From assembly GCA_041497895.1 (NCBI GenBank), contig JBGQHJ010000057.1, positions 1-28,158 of the forward strand: a stretch of DNA of 28,158 bases. The letters run 5' to 3'. The stretch is from Candidatus Methylomirabilia bacterium. Lineage in GTDB: Bacteria > Methylomirabilota > Methylomirabilia > Rokubacteriales > CSP1-6. The translations under genes and the position numbers were made by a program. This document shows positions 1-9,892 of this stretch, in pieces (the first letter of the stretch is position 1; the number at the start of each line of letters is the position of its first letter). The notes below the pieces were generated by a model. The model made no database searches and was not told where the DNA came from. It saw nothing but the letters and a program-made list of their open reading frames with translations.

Positions 1-9
1 GGAAGGTAG

Positions 10-1182
10 GTGGCCGGGCGGTTTCGCTTCCTCACCGCCGGCGAATCCCATGGTGAGGCGCTGACCGCCGTCATCGATGGGGTCCCGGCGGGGCTGGCCC
101 TGACCGAGTCCGACATCAACGGTGACCTCGCCCGCCGCCAGCGCGGCTACGGGCGAGGCGGCCGTATGAAGATCGAGCAGGACCAGGTTCACATCTCCGC
201 CGGCGTCCGTTGGGGGCTCACCCTCGGCAGCCCGATCACCCTCACCGTCCGCAATCGCGACTGGGAAAACTGGCAGCAGACGATGTCGGTGGGGGTGCCG
301 CCTCCCGGGGCCGCCGCCAAAGCAGTGACCCGCCCGCGTCCGGGCCATGCCGATCTGGCCGGCGCCATGAAGTACGGACACCACGACATCCGGAACGTGC
401 TCGAGCGGTCCAGCGCTCGTGAGACCACCGCCCGGGTCGCGGTGGCGGCAGTCGGTAAGCGGCTGCTGGGCGAATTCGGCATCACGATCCTGAGCCACGT
501 GACCGAGATCGGCGGCGTACACATCGGCCCGCTCCAGATTCCGTGGGAGGAGATCCGGCGGCGCGCGGAGGCCAGCGAGGTTCGCTGCGCCGACCCAGAC
601 GCCCAGGCCGCGATGATCGAAGCCATCGACCGGGCCAAGGCGGCCGGGGACACACTCGGTGGCGTCTTCGAGGTCGTGGCGCTGGGCTGCCCGGTAGGCC
701 TCGGCTCTTACGTGCAGTGGGACCGGAAGCTGGACGGTCTCCTCGCAAGGGCATTCTGCTCGATCCACGCGATCAAGGGCGCGGAGATCGGAATGGGCTT
801 CGAGGCGGCCCGGCGGCCCGGCTCCCAGGTCCACGACGAGATCCTCTTCGACAAGGACGGCGGCTTCCACCGCGGCTCCAACAGCGCCGGCGGGCTCGAA
901 GGGGGGGTCACCAACGGTCAGCCGGTGGTCGTGCGGGCCGCCATGAAGCCGATCTCGACTCTTCGCAAGCCCCTCCGGTCGGTGGACCTCGACACACGTG
1001 AGTCGGTCGAGGCGGTGGTGGAGCGGAGCGATGTCTGCGCGGTCCCCGCCGCTGGCGTGGTCGGGGAAGCCATGATGGCGATCGTGCTCGCCGAAGCCTT
1101 CCTCGAGAAGTTCGGTGGCGACAGCGTGGAGGAGATCCGGCGCAACCACCAGGGGTACCTGGAGTACCTCAAAGGCTGGTAG
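10..1182 (+). CDS. aroC: Chorismate synthase
   Basis: N-terminal [42 protein letters not shown] and AMKPISTL...RSDVCAVP are chorismate synthase signatures. GTG start with GGAAGG at 1-6. Confidence 0.98.
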   Translation: MAGRFRFLTAGESHGEALTAVIDGVPAGLALTESDINGDLARRQRGYGRGGRMKIEQDQVHISAGVRWGLTLGSPITLTVRNRDWENWQQTMSVGVPPPGAAAKAVTRPRPGHADLAGAMKYGHHDIRNVLERSSARETTARVAVAAVGKRLLGEFGITILSHVTEIGGVHIGPLQIPWEEIRRRAEASEVRCADPDAQAAMIEAIDRAKAAGDTLGGVFEVVALGCPVGLGSYVQWDRKLDGLLARAFCSIHAIKGAEIGMGFEAARRPGSQVHDEILFDKDGGFHRGSNSAGGLEGGVTNGQPVVVRAAMKPISTLRKPLRSVDLDTRESVEAVVERSDVCAVPAAGVVGEAMMAIVLAEAFLEKFGGDSVEEIRRNHQGYLEYLKGW

Positions 1183-1204
1183 TCTGGGCCCCAGAGGCCC
1201 AGTC

Positions 1205-2287
1205 ATGATCGAGATCTCCGTCAATCTCGGCCCCCGCTCGTACCCCATCCTGGTCGGGGCCGGGGCCCTCTCGACTGTCGGCGCGCAGCTGGCCAAACGC
1301 GGCGTCGGGCGCCGTGTGGTCCTCGTCAGCGATCCCACCATCACTCGGCTCCACGGCGATCCGGTCCTCCGGAGCCTCACCGAGGCCGGCTTCGACGTCG
1401 CCCAGGCTGCGGTGCCCGAGGGCGAGCACGCCAAGCGCCTGGCCGTGGCCAGCGGCCTCTGGGATCGTCTCCTCGACCTCGGCTGCGATCGTACGTCCAC
1501 GGTGGTGGCGCTGGGCGGCGGGGCGGTCGGAGACCTCGCCGGTTTCGCCGCCGCGACCTACATGCGGGGCATGAACTTCGTCCAGGTGCCCACGACGCTC
1601 CTGGCGCAGGTCGACGCCTCCATCGGGGGCAAGACCGCGATCGACCATCCCCGGGGCAAGAACCTGATCGGCGCGTTCCACCAGCCTCGGATGGTGATCG
1701 TCGATCCCGGCACGCTCACGACCCTCTCCGAGCGCGAGTTCCGGTCCGGGCTGGCCGAGGTCATCAAGCACGGCATCGTGCTGGACGCCGCCTACTTCCG
1801 CGACGTTGAGTCCTGCGTCCCCTCCCTCCTCGCTCGCGACCTGGCCACGCTGGAGAACATCGTGGCGGGATCCTGCCGGCTCAAGGCCCGGGTCGTGGAG
1901 CGTGACGAGCAGGAAGCCGAGCTGCGGTGGGTGCTGAACTACGGTCACACCGTCGGTCACGCCCTCGAGGCCGCCACCGGCTTCCAGCGCTGGGCTCACG
2001 GTGAGGCCGTCTCCCTCGGGATCGTGGCGGAGGCCCGCCTGGCCGAGCGCCTGGGTATCGGTAGCGCGTCGACGACGGAGCGTCAGCGGGACCTGCTGGG
2101 CGCCGTCGGCCTGCCGGTGAAGGGGCTCGCGGTCGATCCGGCCGCGGTCGTGGAGGCGCTTTCTCGCGACAAGAAGCGGCGGGACGGGCGAGTGTCGTTC
2201 GTCCTGGCCCCGGCAATCGGCTCGTTCCAGATCGTGCAAGACGTGCCGCTGGACGCGGTCCGGCAGGTCCTGCAGGAGCTCATCTAG
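1205..2287 (+). CDS. aroB: 3-dehydroquinate synthase
   Basis: Motifs ALGGGAVGDLAGFAAATYMRG, VPTTLLAQVDASIGGKT, KNLIGAFHQP, LNYGHTVGHALE and HGEAV. Start placed at ATG 1205 (MIEISVNL) because the longer ORF from 1115 overlaps aroC. Confidence 0.97.
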   Translation: MIEISVNLGPRSYPILVGAGALSTVGAQLAKRGVGRRVVLVSDPTITRLHGDPVLRSLTEAGFDVAQAAVPEGEHAKRLAVASGLWDRLLDLGCDRTSTVVALGGGAVGDLAGFAAATYMRGMNFVQVPTTLLAQVDASIGGKTAIDHPRGKNLIGAFHQPRMVIVDPGTLTTLSEREFRSGLAEVIKHGIVLDAAYFRDVESCVPSLLARDLATLENIVAGSCRLKARVVERDEQEAELRWVLNYGHTVGHALEAATGFQRWAHGEAVSLGIVAEARLAERLGIGSASTTERQRDLLGAVGLPVKGLAVDPAAVVEALSRDKKRRDGRVSFVLAPAIGSFQIVQDVPLDAVRQVLQELI

Positions 2288-2289
2288 CT

Positions 2290-4158
2290 CTAGCGTCCCA
2301 GCAGTCGCAGGGTGCGCTCGAGATTCTGCCGAGCCTCCCGGAACTCGGGGCTCGCTCCCACCGCCGCCTCGAAGTGCACGACCGCTTCCTCCGGTTTGCC
2401 GGTCTGCACGAGCGCCAGGGCGAAGTTGTTCTGGGCCTGGGCCGAACCCGGATCGAGGCGCACTGCCTCCGCGAACTCGGCCAGCGCGTCCCCCACCCGC
2501 CCAGTTCGCGCAAGGGCCACGCCGAAATCGTTGTGGGCGCCGGCCGACCGGGGCTCGATCTCCAGCGCCGCCCGGAAGTGGGCGAAGGCCTCATCGGTTC
2601 GCCCTTGCCCCTCGAGAGTCGCGGCCAGCCCCAGGTGGGCTGGAGCCGACCGGGGCCTCAACTCGATGGCTCGCCGGAAATGCCGCTCCGCCGCGCTGCC
2701 CTGCCCTTGCCGCGCCCGGATCAGCGCGAGGTTCAGGTGGGCTTCGGGGAAGTCGGGCTTGAGGCGAAGCGCTCGCTCGGACTGCAGCGCCGCCTCATCG
2801 AGCCGCCCCTGGGCGCGCAGGGACGAGCCCAAGTTGGACGCCGCGGAGGGAGACGCGGGATCGAGTCGCGCCGCGCGACGCCACAGGCTCTCGTCGTCTC
2901 TCCAGATCCGGACCTGATCCCGGGTGACGAGCGCCAGCCCCACGAGCGCCACCAGAACGACCACGCCCAGGCCGACGGATAGCGCGCGCCGCCGCGGTCG
3001 CGTGGTCCGGAGCCCGCCCGATACGGCGACCACGGCACCGCCCACGAGCATCGCGAAACCCAGGCCGGACAAGTAGCTGTAACGATCCGGTGCCAGGTCC
3101 GCCCCCAGGCGGAGTGCCACGCTCGTCGGGGCGAGCATGATGGCCGAGAACATCCATGCGGCCAGGCCGGCCGGCCAGCGACGTCTCAGGACGAACAGGA
3201 TCACGGTCACCAGCAGGCAGGCCAGAACGGCCAGACCGAAGCGCGGCTCCGACAAGCCGACCCGCACCGGCATCTCGTAGAGGGGCGAGAGCGCCACCGG
3301 CCAGATGAACCGGACCGGGTAGACGCAGAAGCTGTGGGCCGCGACTGCTACCCGTGCAACGACGCCGTACTCCTCGGACCGGGTCAGCACCGCGCCGTTG
3401 CGTACCGCCAGCCCCACCACGATCGCGCCCGCCAGCGAGACCACGAAGAGCGGAATCTTCTCCCGTACCAGCGCCCGCGCGCCGGTTCGCGCGAGGCGAC
3501 GCAGCGGGTACACGTCGAGGAGGAGCAGAGCCACCGGCAGCGGCAGCGCCGCGCCCTTGGAGAGGATCGCCGCGGCCAGGGCGAGGCCGGTCATCGCCAT
3601 AAAGCGGGGCCGCGCCGGATCCGCGCCGTCGACCGCCTTCAGATATGCCCAGGTCGCGACCAGAACGAACCCGCCGCACAGCACGTCGGCCCGTCCGGTG
3701 ATCCACGCGACGGGCTCTACGCGGAGTGGATGGAGGCTGAAGGCCAACGCCGTGATGGCCGCCGCCACGCAGAGGTCGGGCCGCGTCCGAGCGTCCTGCA
3801 CCCCCCCGTTCCCCGCAGCGGCCAGCAGGCGGCGCGCGACCGCGTAGAAGACCAGGACGTTGCCCGCGTGCAGCAGCACGTTCACCAGGTGGTAGCCCCA
3901 CGGATCCATCCCGCCGAGGGCATAGTTGAGGCTCCAGCTGAGGCGCGTGAGGGGAATGTAGTGCCCGAAGCGGATGCTGGTGAGTGCCGCCCGCACCTGA
4001 TCCGGCCCGGATCCCCGGAAGGCCGGGTTCTCCTGGAAGTTCACGTTGTCGTCCCAGTTGAGGAACGACCCGGATACCGCCGGAAGGAAGCAGGCGAAGG
4101 TCAGGACGACCACTGCGATCGGGACCACCGCCCGAGCCTCGCGAAGAGTCGGAGTCAC
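2290..4158 (-). CDS. TMTC-like GT-C membrane glycosyltransferase with C-terminal TPRs (paralog 1)
   Basis: Many hydrophobic helices with FLNWDD, HYIPLT, GYHLVNVLLH, HPLRVEPVAWITGRAD, LSK, DRYSYL and WRDDESLW, followed by about 5-6 TPRs (e.g. AHLNLA...ALRLKPDFPEA, AHNDFGVALARTG). Start is uncertain: GTG 4158 (GGGAG about 10 nt upstream) preferred over TTG 4194. Confidence 0.8.
   Translation of the reverse strand: MTPTLREARAVVPIAVVVLTFACFLPAVSGSFLNWDDNVNFQENPAFRGSGPDQVRAALTSIRFGHYIPLTRLSWSLNYALGGMDPWGYHLVNVLLHAGNVLVFYAVARRLLAAAGNGGVQDARTRPDLCVAAAITALAFSLHPLRVEPVAWITGRADVLCGGFVLVATWAYLKAVDGADPARPRFMAMTGLALAAAILSKGAALPLPVALLLLDVYPLRRLARTGARALVREKIPLFVVSLAGAIVVGLAVRNGAVLTRSEEYGVVARVAVAAHSFCVYPVRFIWPVALSPLYEMPVRVGLSEPRFGLAVLACLLVTVILFVLRRRWPAGLAAWMFSAIMLAPTSVALRLGADLAPDRYSYLSGLGFAMLVGGAVVAVSGGLRTTRPRRRALSVGLGVVVLVALVGLALVTRDQVRIWRDDESLWRRAARLDPASPSAASNLGSSLRAQGRLDEAALQSERALRLKPDFPEAHLNLALIRARQGQGSAAERHFRRAIELRPRSAPAHLGLAATLEGQGRTDEAFAHFRAALEIEPRSAGAHNDFGVALARTGRVGDALAEFAEAVRLDPGSAQAQNNFALALVQTGKPEEAVVHFEAAVGASPEFREARQNLERTLRLLGR
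3896..3923 (-). repeat. 28-nt exact match, in inverted orientation, to 11902-11929 within paralogous genes
   Basis: The reverse complement of 3896-3923 is ATGCCCTCGGCGGGATGGATCCGTGGGG, identical to 11902-11929. Also 8213-8235 equals 10108-10130 (23 nt). Confidence 0.7.
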
Positions 4159-4224
4159 TGCTCCAAATCTCCCATGACGACCCACCAGGGCCAAGCGGAA
4201 AGGGGCCGCAGGCTATCGGAATGA

Positions 4225-4253
4225 TTGACTCTGCGAGGCCTGCCGCGTATAAC
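4225..4253 (+). promoter_or_regulatory. Sigma70-type promoter TTGACT-N17-TATAAC
   Basis: TTGACT at 4225-4230, 17-nt spacer, TATAAC at 4248-4253. Both hexamers match consensus at 5/6, in the divergent intergenic region of a very GC-rich sequence. Confidence 0.8.
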
Positions 4254-4262
4254 GAATGGTGG

Positions 4263-4928
4263 ATGGCTAACCCGGTCTCTCCGGTCGGTGGGACCCTGAC
4301 GCCTGAAGATCCAGCCACCCTCAGCGCCATTCGCCGCTATGAGGAGCGACTGGCCAGGGATCCGACGTCGCTGGCCTTCGCGCCGCTGGCCGATGCGTAC
4401 CGCAAGACCGGTCGAATCCGCGACGCCATCCGGCTCTGCCGGGAAGGGCTGGAGCGGTTCCCGCACTACGTCACGGCACGGCTGATCCTGGCGAAGGCCC
4501 TCCTCGACGATGGGGATCCGGACGGCGCCTTGAGCGAGGTGCGGGCCATCCTGGAGGCGAGCCCGCACGAGGCGCAGGCCCACCGCCTGGCCGGCGACCT
4601 CTGCCGCCGGGCCGGGGCGCTGGCCGACGCGGTCGGTCATCTGGAGCAGGCGGTGCGGCTCGATCCGGGCGATCGTGAATCGCGCACCCTGCTCGACGTG
4701 CTCGGCGCGGGGGGATCGGTCTCCGACAGCTCGGCGCTCAAGCAGCTCCTGGCCGGCGATACGTTCGTCACGATGAGCTTCGGCCGCCTCTGCCTCGAGC
4801 AGGGGTTGATCGACGAGGCGGCGCAGATCTTCCTACGCCTGCTCGCACGCGACCTGCGCCACGCCGGGGCCCGGGAGGGTCTCGAGGAGGCGCTTCGACT
4901 CAAGACACAACGACGGAAGGGGTCATGA
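4263..4928 (+). CDS. Soluble tetratricopeptide repeat protein
   Basis: TPR-like helices ([47 protein letters not shown]) and a C-terminal [12 protein letters not shown]...AAQIF repeat. Start set at ATG 4263 because ATG 4221 lies upstream of the predicted promoter. Confidence 0.8.
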   Translation: MANPVSPVGGTLTPEDPATLSAIRRYEERLARDPTSLAFAPLADAYRKTGRIRDAIRLCREGLERFPHYVTARLILAKALLDDGDPDGALSEVRAILEASPHEAQAHRLAGDLCRRAGALADAVGHLEQAVRLDPGDRESRTLLDVLGAGGSVSDSSALKQLLAGDTFVTMSFGRLCLEQGLIDEAAQIFLRLLARDLRHAGAREGLEEALRLKTQRRKGS

Positions 4929-4932
4929 ACTC

Positions 4933-5501
4933 ATGGTGGTGTCCACGGCGGAGTTCAAGAAGGGCCTGAAGATCCGGTTCGACGGCGAGCCGTACAGCAT
5001 CGTCGACTTCCAGCACGTCAAGCCCGGCAAGGGCGGGGCGTTCGTTCGGACCAAGCTCAAGCACATGAAGCTCGGGCGCGTGATCGACAACACCTTCCGC
5101 GCCGGCGAGAAGGTGGAGCTGGTCGACTTCGAAGACAAGCGGATGCAGTACCTCTACCACGACGATCGCTTCCACTTCATGGATCTCGACACGTACGACC
5201 AGATCTCTCTCTCGGCCGAGGAGGTCGGCGACGCGCGCGATTTCCTCAAGGAGAACATCGAGGTGGAGATCCTGTTCATCAACGACAGCCCGGTCACCGT
5301 CGAGCTGCCCAACTTCATCGAGCTGCAGATCGCCAAGACCGACCCCGGCATCCGCGGCGACACCGCCTCGGGGGGTTCGAAGCCCGCGACCCTGGAGACG
5401 GGGGCGGTGGTCCAGGTGCCGCTCTTCCTCAACGAAGGCGACGTGGTGAAGGTGGACACGCGCAGCGGGGAGTACCTCGGCCGCGTGGCGACGGCGAGCT
5501 A

Positions 5502-5502
<1 letters not shown>
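4933..5502 (+). CDS. efp: Translation elongation factor P
   Basis: [18 protein letters not shown] loop, [25 protein letters not shown] and KVDTRSGEY. Confidence 0.99.
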
Positions 5503-5978
<476 letters not shown>

Positions 5979-5988
5979 TCCTCGGCTG

Positions 5989-7323
5989 ATGTTCCACAAG
6001 ATCCTCATCGCCAACCGGGGCGAGATCGCGCTGCGCATCATCCGGGCCTGCCGCGAGATGGGAATCCGCACCGTGATCGCCCACTCGACGGCCGACGCGG
6101 CATCGCGGCCGGTGCGGCTCGCCGACGAGTCGGTCTGCATCGGCCCCCCTGAGGCGCGCGCGAGCTACCTCAACATCCCCAGCATCATCTCGGCCGCCGC
6201 CATCACCGACAGCGAGGCGATCCACCCGGGGTACGGACTGCTCTCGGAGAACCCCGCGTTCGCGGAGATCTGCCGGGCGTGCGGGATCACCTTCATCGGC
6301 CCGTCCCCGGAAGCGATCCGGCTCATGGGCGACAAGGCCCAGGCCCGCGAGATGGCCAAGCACGCGGGCGCACCGGTGGTGCCCGGAAGCGAGGGGCCGC
6401 TCGGCGGAGTGGACGAGGCCCAGGTACTCGCCGATTCGATCGGCTACCCGGTCATCGTGAAGGCGACGGCGGGGGGCGGCGGCCGCGGCATGCGGATCGT
6501 CCGCGAGCGCGAGGGCCTCGCCCGGGCCTACGCGACCTGCCAGGCGGAGGCGGGCGCCGCGTTCGGATCCTCCGAGCTCTACCTGGAGAAGTTCGTGGAG
6601 GAGGCGCGTCACGTCGAGGTCCAGGTGCTCGGGGACAAGAACGGGATGCGACTGCACCTGGGCGAGCGCGACTGCTCGGTGCAGCGGCGGCACCAGAAGC
6701 TCCTCGAGGAGTCTCCCGCGCCGGCGCTCGCGCCCGAGACGCGGGCCGGGCTCTACAAGGCGGCCCTCGCGGTCGCCAACTCGGTCAACTACGTGTCGGC
6801 GGGCACCGTGGAGTTCCTGGTGGATCGGAACGAACAGTTCTACTTCATCGAGATGAACACCCGGATCCAGGTGGAGCACCCGGTCACCGAGATGGTCACC
6901 GGCATCGACCTCGTGCGGGAGCAGATCCGCATTGCCTTCGGCGAAGCGCTCGGCTATCGGCAGAGCGCAGTGCGGTTCACCGGCCACGCCATCGAATGCC
7001 GGATCAACGCGGAGGACCCGGAGCACTTCGTGCCGTCTCCCGGCCGCGTCACCACGTGGATCGCCCCGGGCGGGCCCGGGGTGCGGGTGGACAGCCACCT
7101 GATGGCGGGCTACGTGGTGCCCCCGCACTACGATTCGCTCATCGCCAAGATCATCGTGCACGCCAACGACCGCGGCGAAGCGATCGCCCGCATGCACCGG
7201 GCGCTCTCCGAGACCGTGGTCGAGGGGGTGAAGACCACGATCCCCTACCACCTCAAGCTACTGGCCGACCCGGCGTTCGTGGCGGGCGAGTCCACGCTGG
7301 CCCGGCTCGAGCAGAACTTGTAG
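5989..7323 (+). CDS. accC: Biotin carboxylase subunit of acetyl-CoA carboxylase
   Basis: [57 protein letters not shown] and YDSLIAK. Follows accB. Confidence 0.98.
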   Translation: MFHKILIANRGEIALRIIRACREMGIRTVIAHSTADAASRPVRLADESVCIGPPEARASYLNIPSIISAAAITDSEAIHPGYGLLSENPAFAEICRACGITFIGPSPEAIRLMGDKAQAREMAKHAGAPVVPGSEGPLGGVDEAQVLADSIGYPVIVKATAGGGGRGMRIVREREGLARAYATCQAEAGAAFGSSELYLEKFVEEARHVEVQVLGDKNGMRLHLGERDCSVQRRHQKLLEESPAPALAPETRAGLYKAALAVANSVNYVSAGTVEFLVDRNEQFYFIEMNTRIQVEHPVTEMVTGIDLVREQIRIAFGEALGYRQSAVRFTGHAIECRINAEDPEHFVPSPGRVTTWIAPGGPGVRVDSHLMAGYVVPPHYDSLIAKIIVHANDRGEAIARMHRALSETVVEGVKTTIPYHLKLLADPAFVAGESTLARLEQNL

Positions 7324-7333
7324 GGGCGCCGCG

Positions 7334-7975
7334 GTGCGGCTGCCCTCACCGCTCTACGCGATCCTCGACCGGTCGGTGGCCCGGGGCCGCGATCTGCCCG
7401 GGCTGCTGGACGCGGTCCTCGCCGGAGGCTGCCGTCTCGTGCAGCTGCGGGAGAAGACCATGCCCCTCGGCGACCTGCTGCCGCTGGCGCGGTCTCTGGC
7501 GCGCCGGTGTCACGAGGTCGGCGCCCTCCTCATCGTCAACGATCGCGCCGACCTCGCCCTCGCGGCGGGCGCTGACGGCCTGCACGTGGGCCAGGACGAC
7601 CTTCCGGCTCGCCAGGCACGAGGCCTGCTGCCACCGGGCATGATCCTGGGCGTGTCCACCCACGATCCCGAGCAGGCCCGGCGCGCGGTCGCGGATGGGG
7701 CCGACTACGTTGCGGTGGGCAGCATCTTCCCGACCACGACCAAGGCCGGCTTCCAGCTCGTCGGCCCGGAGCTGATCCGGCGAGTCCGCCCGGAGGTCCC
7801 GGTCCCCCTGGTGGGCATCGGCGGCATCACCGCCGAGAACGCCCCCGCCGTTCTGGGCGCCGGCGCCGACGCGGTCGCGGTGATCTCGGCGCTCTGCGCG
7901 GCGTCGGATCCGGAGGCCGCGACCCGGGCCTTCCTCGCGCGGATCGTGCCGGGCGCCGCCCGGCCCGGCCGGTAG
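7334..7975 (+). CDS. thiE: Thiamine-phosphate synthase
   Basis: VQLREK, LIVNDRADLA, DGLHVGQDD, GVSTH, DYVAVGSIFPTTTK and IGGIT motifs. Confidence 0.95.
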   Translation: MRLPSPLYAILDRSVARGRDLPGLLDAVLAGGCRLVQLREKTMPLGDLLPLARSLARRCHEVGALLIVNDRADLALAAGADGLHVGQDDLPARQARGLLPPGMILGVSTHDPEQARRAVADGADYVAVGSIFPTTTKAGFQLVGPELIRRVRPEVPVPLVGIGGITAENAPAVLGAGADAVAVISALCAASDPEAATRAFLARIVPGAARPGR

Positions 7976-7984
7976 GAGAGCGTA

Positions 7985-9892
7985 ATGCGCCGGCTCCTCC
8001 CGGTGCTGATCGGGCTCCTGAGCGTGCTGGCGTTCCTCCCCGCGCTGGGCGGCCAGTTCCTCGCCTGGGACGACGACGTCAACCTGGTCACGAACACCTG
8101 GTACCGCGGCCTCGGGTGGGCGGAGATCCGGTGGGCGTTCAGCAACGTCCGCATGGGGCACTACATCCCGCTCACCTGGCTGAGCTTCTCGGCCAACTAC
8201 GCCACCGGGGGAATGAACCCGTGGGGCTATCACCTCGTGAACCTGCTCCTGCACGGCGCGAACGCGATCATCTTCTATCTCGTCGGGCGGCGCCTCCTCG
8301 CGGCGGCCTGCGACGGTGGATCCCAGGCCGGGCGCGGCGAGACCGCGATGACATGGGGCGCCGCGATCGCGGCCCTCGTCTTCGCCCTGCATCCGCTCCG
8401 CGTCGAGTCCGTGGCGTGGGTCACCGAGCGACGCGACGTGCTGAGCGGCTTCTTCTTCCTCACCGCGGTGCTCGCCTATCTCCGCGGCGTCGAGCCGGGA
8501 GATCGCCCCGCGCGACGCTGGCTCGCCGGCTCGATGCTGCTGTTCGCCGCGGGGCTCCTCTCCAAGGCCTCGATCATGGCGCTGCCCGCGGTGCTGGTCC
8601 TGCTCGACGTCTACCCGCTCAATCGCAACGCCTTCGCGTGGCGGCGGCTCGCGGTCGAGAAGGCCGGGTACTGGACGATCGGGGCGGCGGGAGCGGTCGG
8701 CGCGCTCGTCGCGCTCAAGGTGTCCGGGCTCCGGATCACGAGCTACGGCGTGTACGGGCCCGGCGCACGGTGCGCGATGGTGGCCTACAGCCTGTGGTTC
8801 TACCCCGCGGCCTGGGTGTGGCCGGTGCGGTTGGCGCCGATGTACGAGCTGCCGGCCACGGTGCATCCGCTCGCGTGGCGCTTCGTGGGGCCCGCGCTGG
8901 GCCTGCTCGCGGTCACGATCCTCCTCTGGCTCCTCCGCGCCCGGTGGCCCGCCGGGCTGGCCGCGTGGGCCTACTCCGCCCTGATGATCCTGCCGGTCAG
9001 CGGCGTGGTCCACTCCGGGTTCCAGCTCGCGCACGACCGCTACAGCTATCTCTCGGGGCTTGGCTTCGCCTTGCTCGGGGGCGGAGCGGTCAGCTGGCTG
9101 CTCCGGGCCGGCCACGCCCGGCGGGTGAGTCGCCCGGTCCTCGTCGCGGCGTGCGGGGTCGCCACGGCCGTGATCGCCTCCCTGGGGGTCGGGACGTGGC
9201 AGCAGTCCCGGATCTGGAGAGACTCGGAGAGCCTGTGGCGGTGGGGACTCGAGGCCGACGCGCGCTGTGCCGTGTGCGCCAACAACCTCGCGGTCGTGCT
9301 ACTCAACCGCCCATCGCGCACGCCGGCCGAGACGGCGGAAGCGGAGATCCTGGCCCGCCGCGCGGTGGCCGTGAACCCGACCTACGACAGCGCCTACACG
9401 ACGCTCGGCACGATCCTGGCCGCCCGGCAGGACGATCGCGGGGCCGAGGCCGCCTTCGTCGAGGCGATGCGGCTGGCTCCCGAGCGGCTCGGTGCCGCCG
9501 CCAACCTGGGCGCGATCTACGCCCGGAACCGCCGCTACACCGAGGCGATGCCACTGCTCCGCGCGGCGTGGGCCAAGCAGCCCGACACTCCCTGGCTGCG
9601 GACCAATCTGGGAGTCGTCCTGCGGGACCAGGGCATCCTGCTCGCGAAGAGCGGCCGCCTCGCCGAGGCGGTCGCCCTCTTCGAGGAGGCGGTCACCGTC
9701 ACGCCCGACGATGCCGACCTGCACCGCAACCTGGGCCTGGCCCTCTGGCAGGAAGGCCGGCTCGACGCGGCCGGCCCACATCTCGAGCGCGCGGCCGCGC
9801 TCAAGCCGGGTGACGAGGATACCCGCGGGCTCCTCGCGCTCTTCCGGGCCCAGTCCAACCCTCCCTCGCCGGGTCGATCCATCACGCGATGA
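7985..9892 (+). CDS. TMTC-like GT-C membrane glycosyltransferase with C-terminal TPRs (paralog 2)
   Basis: FLAWDDD, HYIPLT, GYHLVNLLLH, FALHPLRVESVAWVTERRDVL, LLSK, DRYSYL, WRDSESLW, CAVC, then TPRs. AGGAGAG RBS just upstream. Confidence 0.82.
   Translation: MRRLLPVLIGLLSVLAFLPALGGQFLAWDDDVNLVTNTWYRGLGWAEIRWAFSNVRMGHYIPLTWLSFSANYATGGMNPWGYHLVNLLLHGANAIIFYLVGRRLLAAACDGGSQAGRGETAMTWGAAIAALVFALHPLRVESVAWVTERRDVLSGFFFLTAVLAYLRGVEPGDRPARRWLAGSMLLFAAGLLSKASIMALPAVLVLLDVYPLNRNAFAWRRLAVEKAGYWTIGAAGAVGALVALKVSGLRITSYGVYGPGARCAMVAYSLWFYPAAWVWPVRLAPMYELPATVHPLAWRFVGPALGLLAVTILLWLLRARWPAGLAAWAYSALMILPVSGVVHSGFQLAHDRYSYLSGLGFALLGGGAVSWLLRAGHARRVSRPVLVAACGVATAVIASLGVGTWQQSRIWRDSESLWRWGLEADARCAVCANNLAVVLLNRPSRTPAETAEAEILARRAVAVNPTYDSAYTTLGTILAARQDDRGAEAAFVEAMRLAPERLGAAANLGAIYARNRRYTEAMPLLRAAWAKQPDTPWLRTNLGVVLRDQGILLAKSGRLAEAVALFEEAVTVTPDDADLHRNLGLALWQEGRLDAAGPHLERAAALKPGDEDTRGLLALFRAQSNPPSPGRSITR

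Noticed and set aside
1205..2287. The aroB-like gene as a sedoheptulose-7-phosphate cyclase (EEVS/DDGS) working with the transaldolase and methyltransferases
   Set aside because: It directly follows aroC, has DHQS-type KARVVERDEQE and LNYGHTVGHALE motifs, and lies about 24 kb from the transaldolase.
2284..2293. CTAG duplication as an IS target-site duplication or excision scar
   Set aside because: It is fully explained by two convergent TAG stop codons. I saw no transposase or terminal inverted repeats in the window.
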